NCBI GenBank assembly: GCA_034666805.1
Contig: JAXDLD010000258.1
Location: forward strand, 1 to 42,576
Source: Acidobacteriota bacterium
GTDB taxonomy: Bacteria > Acidobacteriota > Thermoanaerobaculia > Multivoradales > UBA5704
Length of the DNA: 42,576 bases
Reading direction: 5' to 3'
Numbering within the stretch: the stretch's first letter is position 1; each line of letters starts with the position of its first letter. Position numbers and translations under genes: made by a program. Under the pieces are notes generated by a model that saw only the letters and a program-made list of their open reading frames with translations, did not search any database and had not been told where the DNA came from. This document shows, one piece after another, positions 41,367 through 42,576 of this stretch.

Positions 41367-41515
41367 GGATGCTTTCCCGCGCGTGACCGTTCCGGACTGC
41401 ACCCGGCGCGGGGGACCGGGGTGCTGGGGAAGATGTGGTTTCCCCTAACATTGTATCTTTTCGACAACGCCACCTTCCACCCTGAAGGGAAATCGGCGAC
41501 ATTGTCAGGACGAAG

Positions 41516-42576
41516 ATGGCGAGCGAAGATGGACAGCAAGAGGGAGATTCCGAGGTCCGCCGGGTCCTCCACTGCGACATGGACTGCTTCTACGCCGCGG
41601 TCCACATGCGCGACGACCCGACGCTCGCCGGCAAGCCGGTGGTGATCGGCGGCGAGCCGGAGGGGCGCGGGGTGGTGGCGGCGGCGAGCTACGAGGCGCG
41701 GCGCTTCGGCATCCACTCGGCAATGCCCTCCTCCCGCGCCAAGCGGCTCTGCCCGCAGGTGATCTTCCTCCCGCCCGACTTCCGGCGCTACAGGAAGGAG
41801 TCGGAGAAGATCTTCGCCATCTACAGAGAGCTCACTCCCATCGTCCAGACCGTGTCGCTCGACGAGGCCTACCTCGATCTCACCGGCCGGCTGGAGGCCT
41901 TCGGCACCGCCACCCGGGTGGCGCGCGAGATCCGCCGCCGGGTGCGGGAGGAGCGCGGGCTCACCGTCTCGGTGGGGGTCGGCCCCAACCGGCTGATCGC
42001 CAAGATCGCCTCGGACTTCCACAAGCCGGACGGCCTGACCGTGGTGCCGCCGCAGAAGGTCCTGGCCTTCCTCGCTCCCCTGCCGGTGCGGCGGCTCCAC
42101 GGGGTGGGCCCGGCGACCGAGAAGGTCCTTTCCGGGATGGGGATCGCGACCGTCGCCGACCTGCGGGCCGTGCCAGTCGAAGAGCTGACCGGCCGCTTCG
42201 GCCGCCACGGGCGCACCCTCCACGAGTTCGCCCACGGTATCGACCTACGCCCGGTCGAGGCCCACCAGGAGACCAAGAGCCTCTCGACCGAGAGCACCTA
42301 CCGGGTCGACCTCGTCACCCTGGAGCAGATGGAGGCGGAGCTCGACGGCATGGGCGCCCAGGTGGCGGCGGCGCTCGGCAAGAACGGCCTCGCCGCCTGC
42401 ACCATCACCTTGAAGGTGCGCTACGACGACTTCACGACCGTCACCCGCTCGCGCACCCTCTCCTACCCGGTGACCGACGCGCCGACGATCACCGCCTGCG
42501 CCAAGGACCTCCTGCGCCGGACCGAGGCCGCCCGCCGCCCCGTCCGCCTCCTGGGGGTCGGCGCCTCGACCCTCGT
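41516..42576 (+). CDS. dinB: DNA polymerase IV (Y-family), 3'-truncated by the window end
   Basis: Not in the track because no stop is reached. ATG 41516 has AGGA 5 nt upstream. VLHCDMDCFYAAVHMRDDP, SLDEAYLDLTG, SVGVGPNRLIAKIASDFHKPDG, HGVGPATEKVL and the final RLLGVGAS are canonical DinB blocks. Confidence 0.9.
   Translation, partial: MASEDGQQEGDSEVRRVLHCDMDCFYAAVHMRDDPTLAGKPVVIGGEPEGRGVVAAASYEARRFGIHSAMPSSRAKRLCPQVIFLPPDFRRYRKESEKIFAIYRELTPIVQTVSLDEAYLDLTGRLEAFGTATRVAREIRRRVREERGLTVSVGVGPNRLIAKIASDFHKPDGLTVVPPQKVLAFLAPLPVRRLHGVGPATEKVLSGMGIATVADLRAVPVEELTGRFGRHGRTLHEFAHGIDLRPVEAHQETKSLSTESTYRVDLVTLEQMEAELDGMGAQVAAALGKNGLAACTITLKVRYDDFTTVTRSRTLSYPVTDAPTITACAKDLLRRTEAARRPVRLLGVGASTL

Overview
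High-G+C bacterial chromosomal segment, about 70 percent judged by eye and not computed. It is most likely Acidobacteriota: two tandem secreted proteins carry a GWxTD-like module and the Acidobacteria-typical VWFA-related C-terminal domain ending ...RGYYP. I support about 35 protein genes on both strands. I found no rRNA, tRNA, CRISPR array, transposase or integrase. Most long ORFs in the six-frame track are Arg/Gly/Pro/Ala-rich shadows of the real genes. Housekeeping content: eda, trmJ-like, maf, cysteine desulfurase-mnmA, DEAD-box helicase, carB, fumC-like lyase, and a 3'-truncated Pol IV dinB. Envelope or secreted content: two VWA giants, a sulfatase-fold lipoprotein, a large polytopic membrane protein, a Tat-signal NMO flavoenzyme, and a beta-helix protein with two CBM-like modules. 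There are three ECF sigma genes. One is an orphan at 1362-1910. One is stop/start-coupled to a TPR Ser/Thr kinase at 28290-31354. The most interesting one sits inside a minus-strand operon at 36054-41402: TPR-CHAT caspase-like protease, ECF sigma (GTGA stop/start overlap), anti-sigma-like single-pass membrane protein, orphan 86-aa gene, intrinsic terminator. This resembles the TPR-CHAT/Csx30/RpoE logic of type III-E CRISPR loci, but no cas gene or array is present. Between the two sensor modules lies an accessory-looking segment with an esterase, a DinB-fold protein, and a decayed toxin-antitoxin cassette with an 11-codon PIN remnant. That segment also holds an array of 42-bp hairpin tandem repeats, and a second related array lies 22 kb away just after mnmA. 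All product calls rest on motif recognition by eye; no searches were run.
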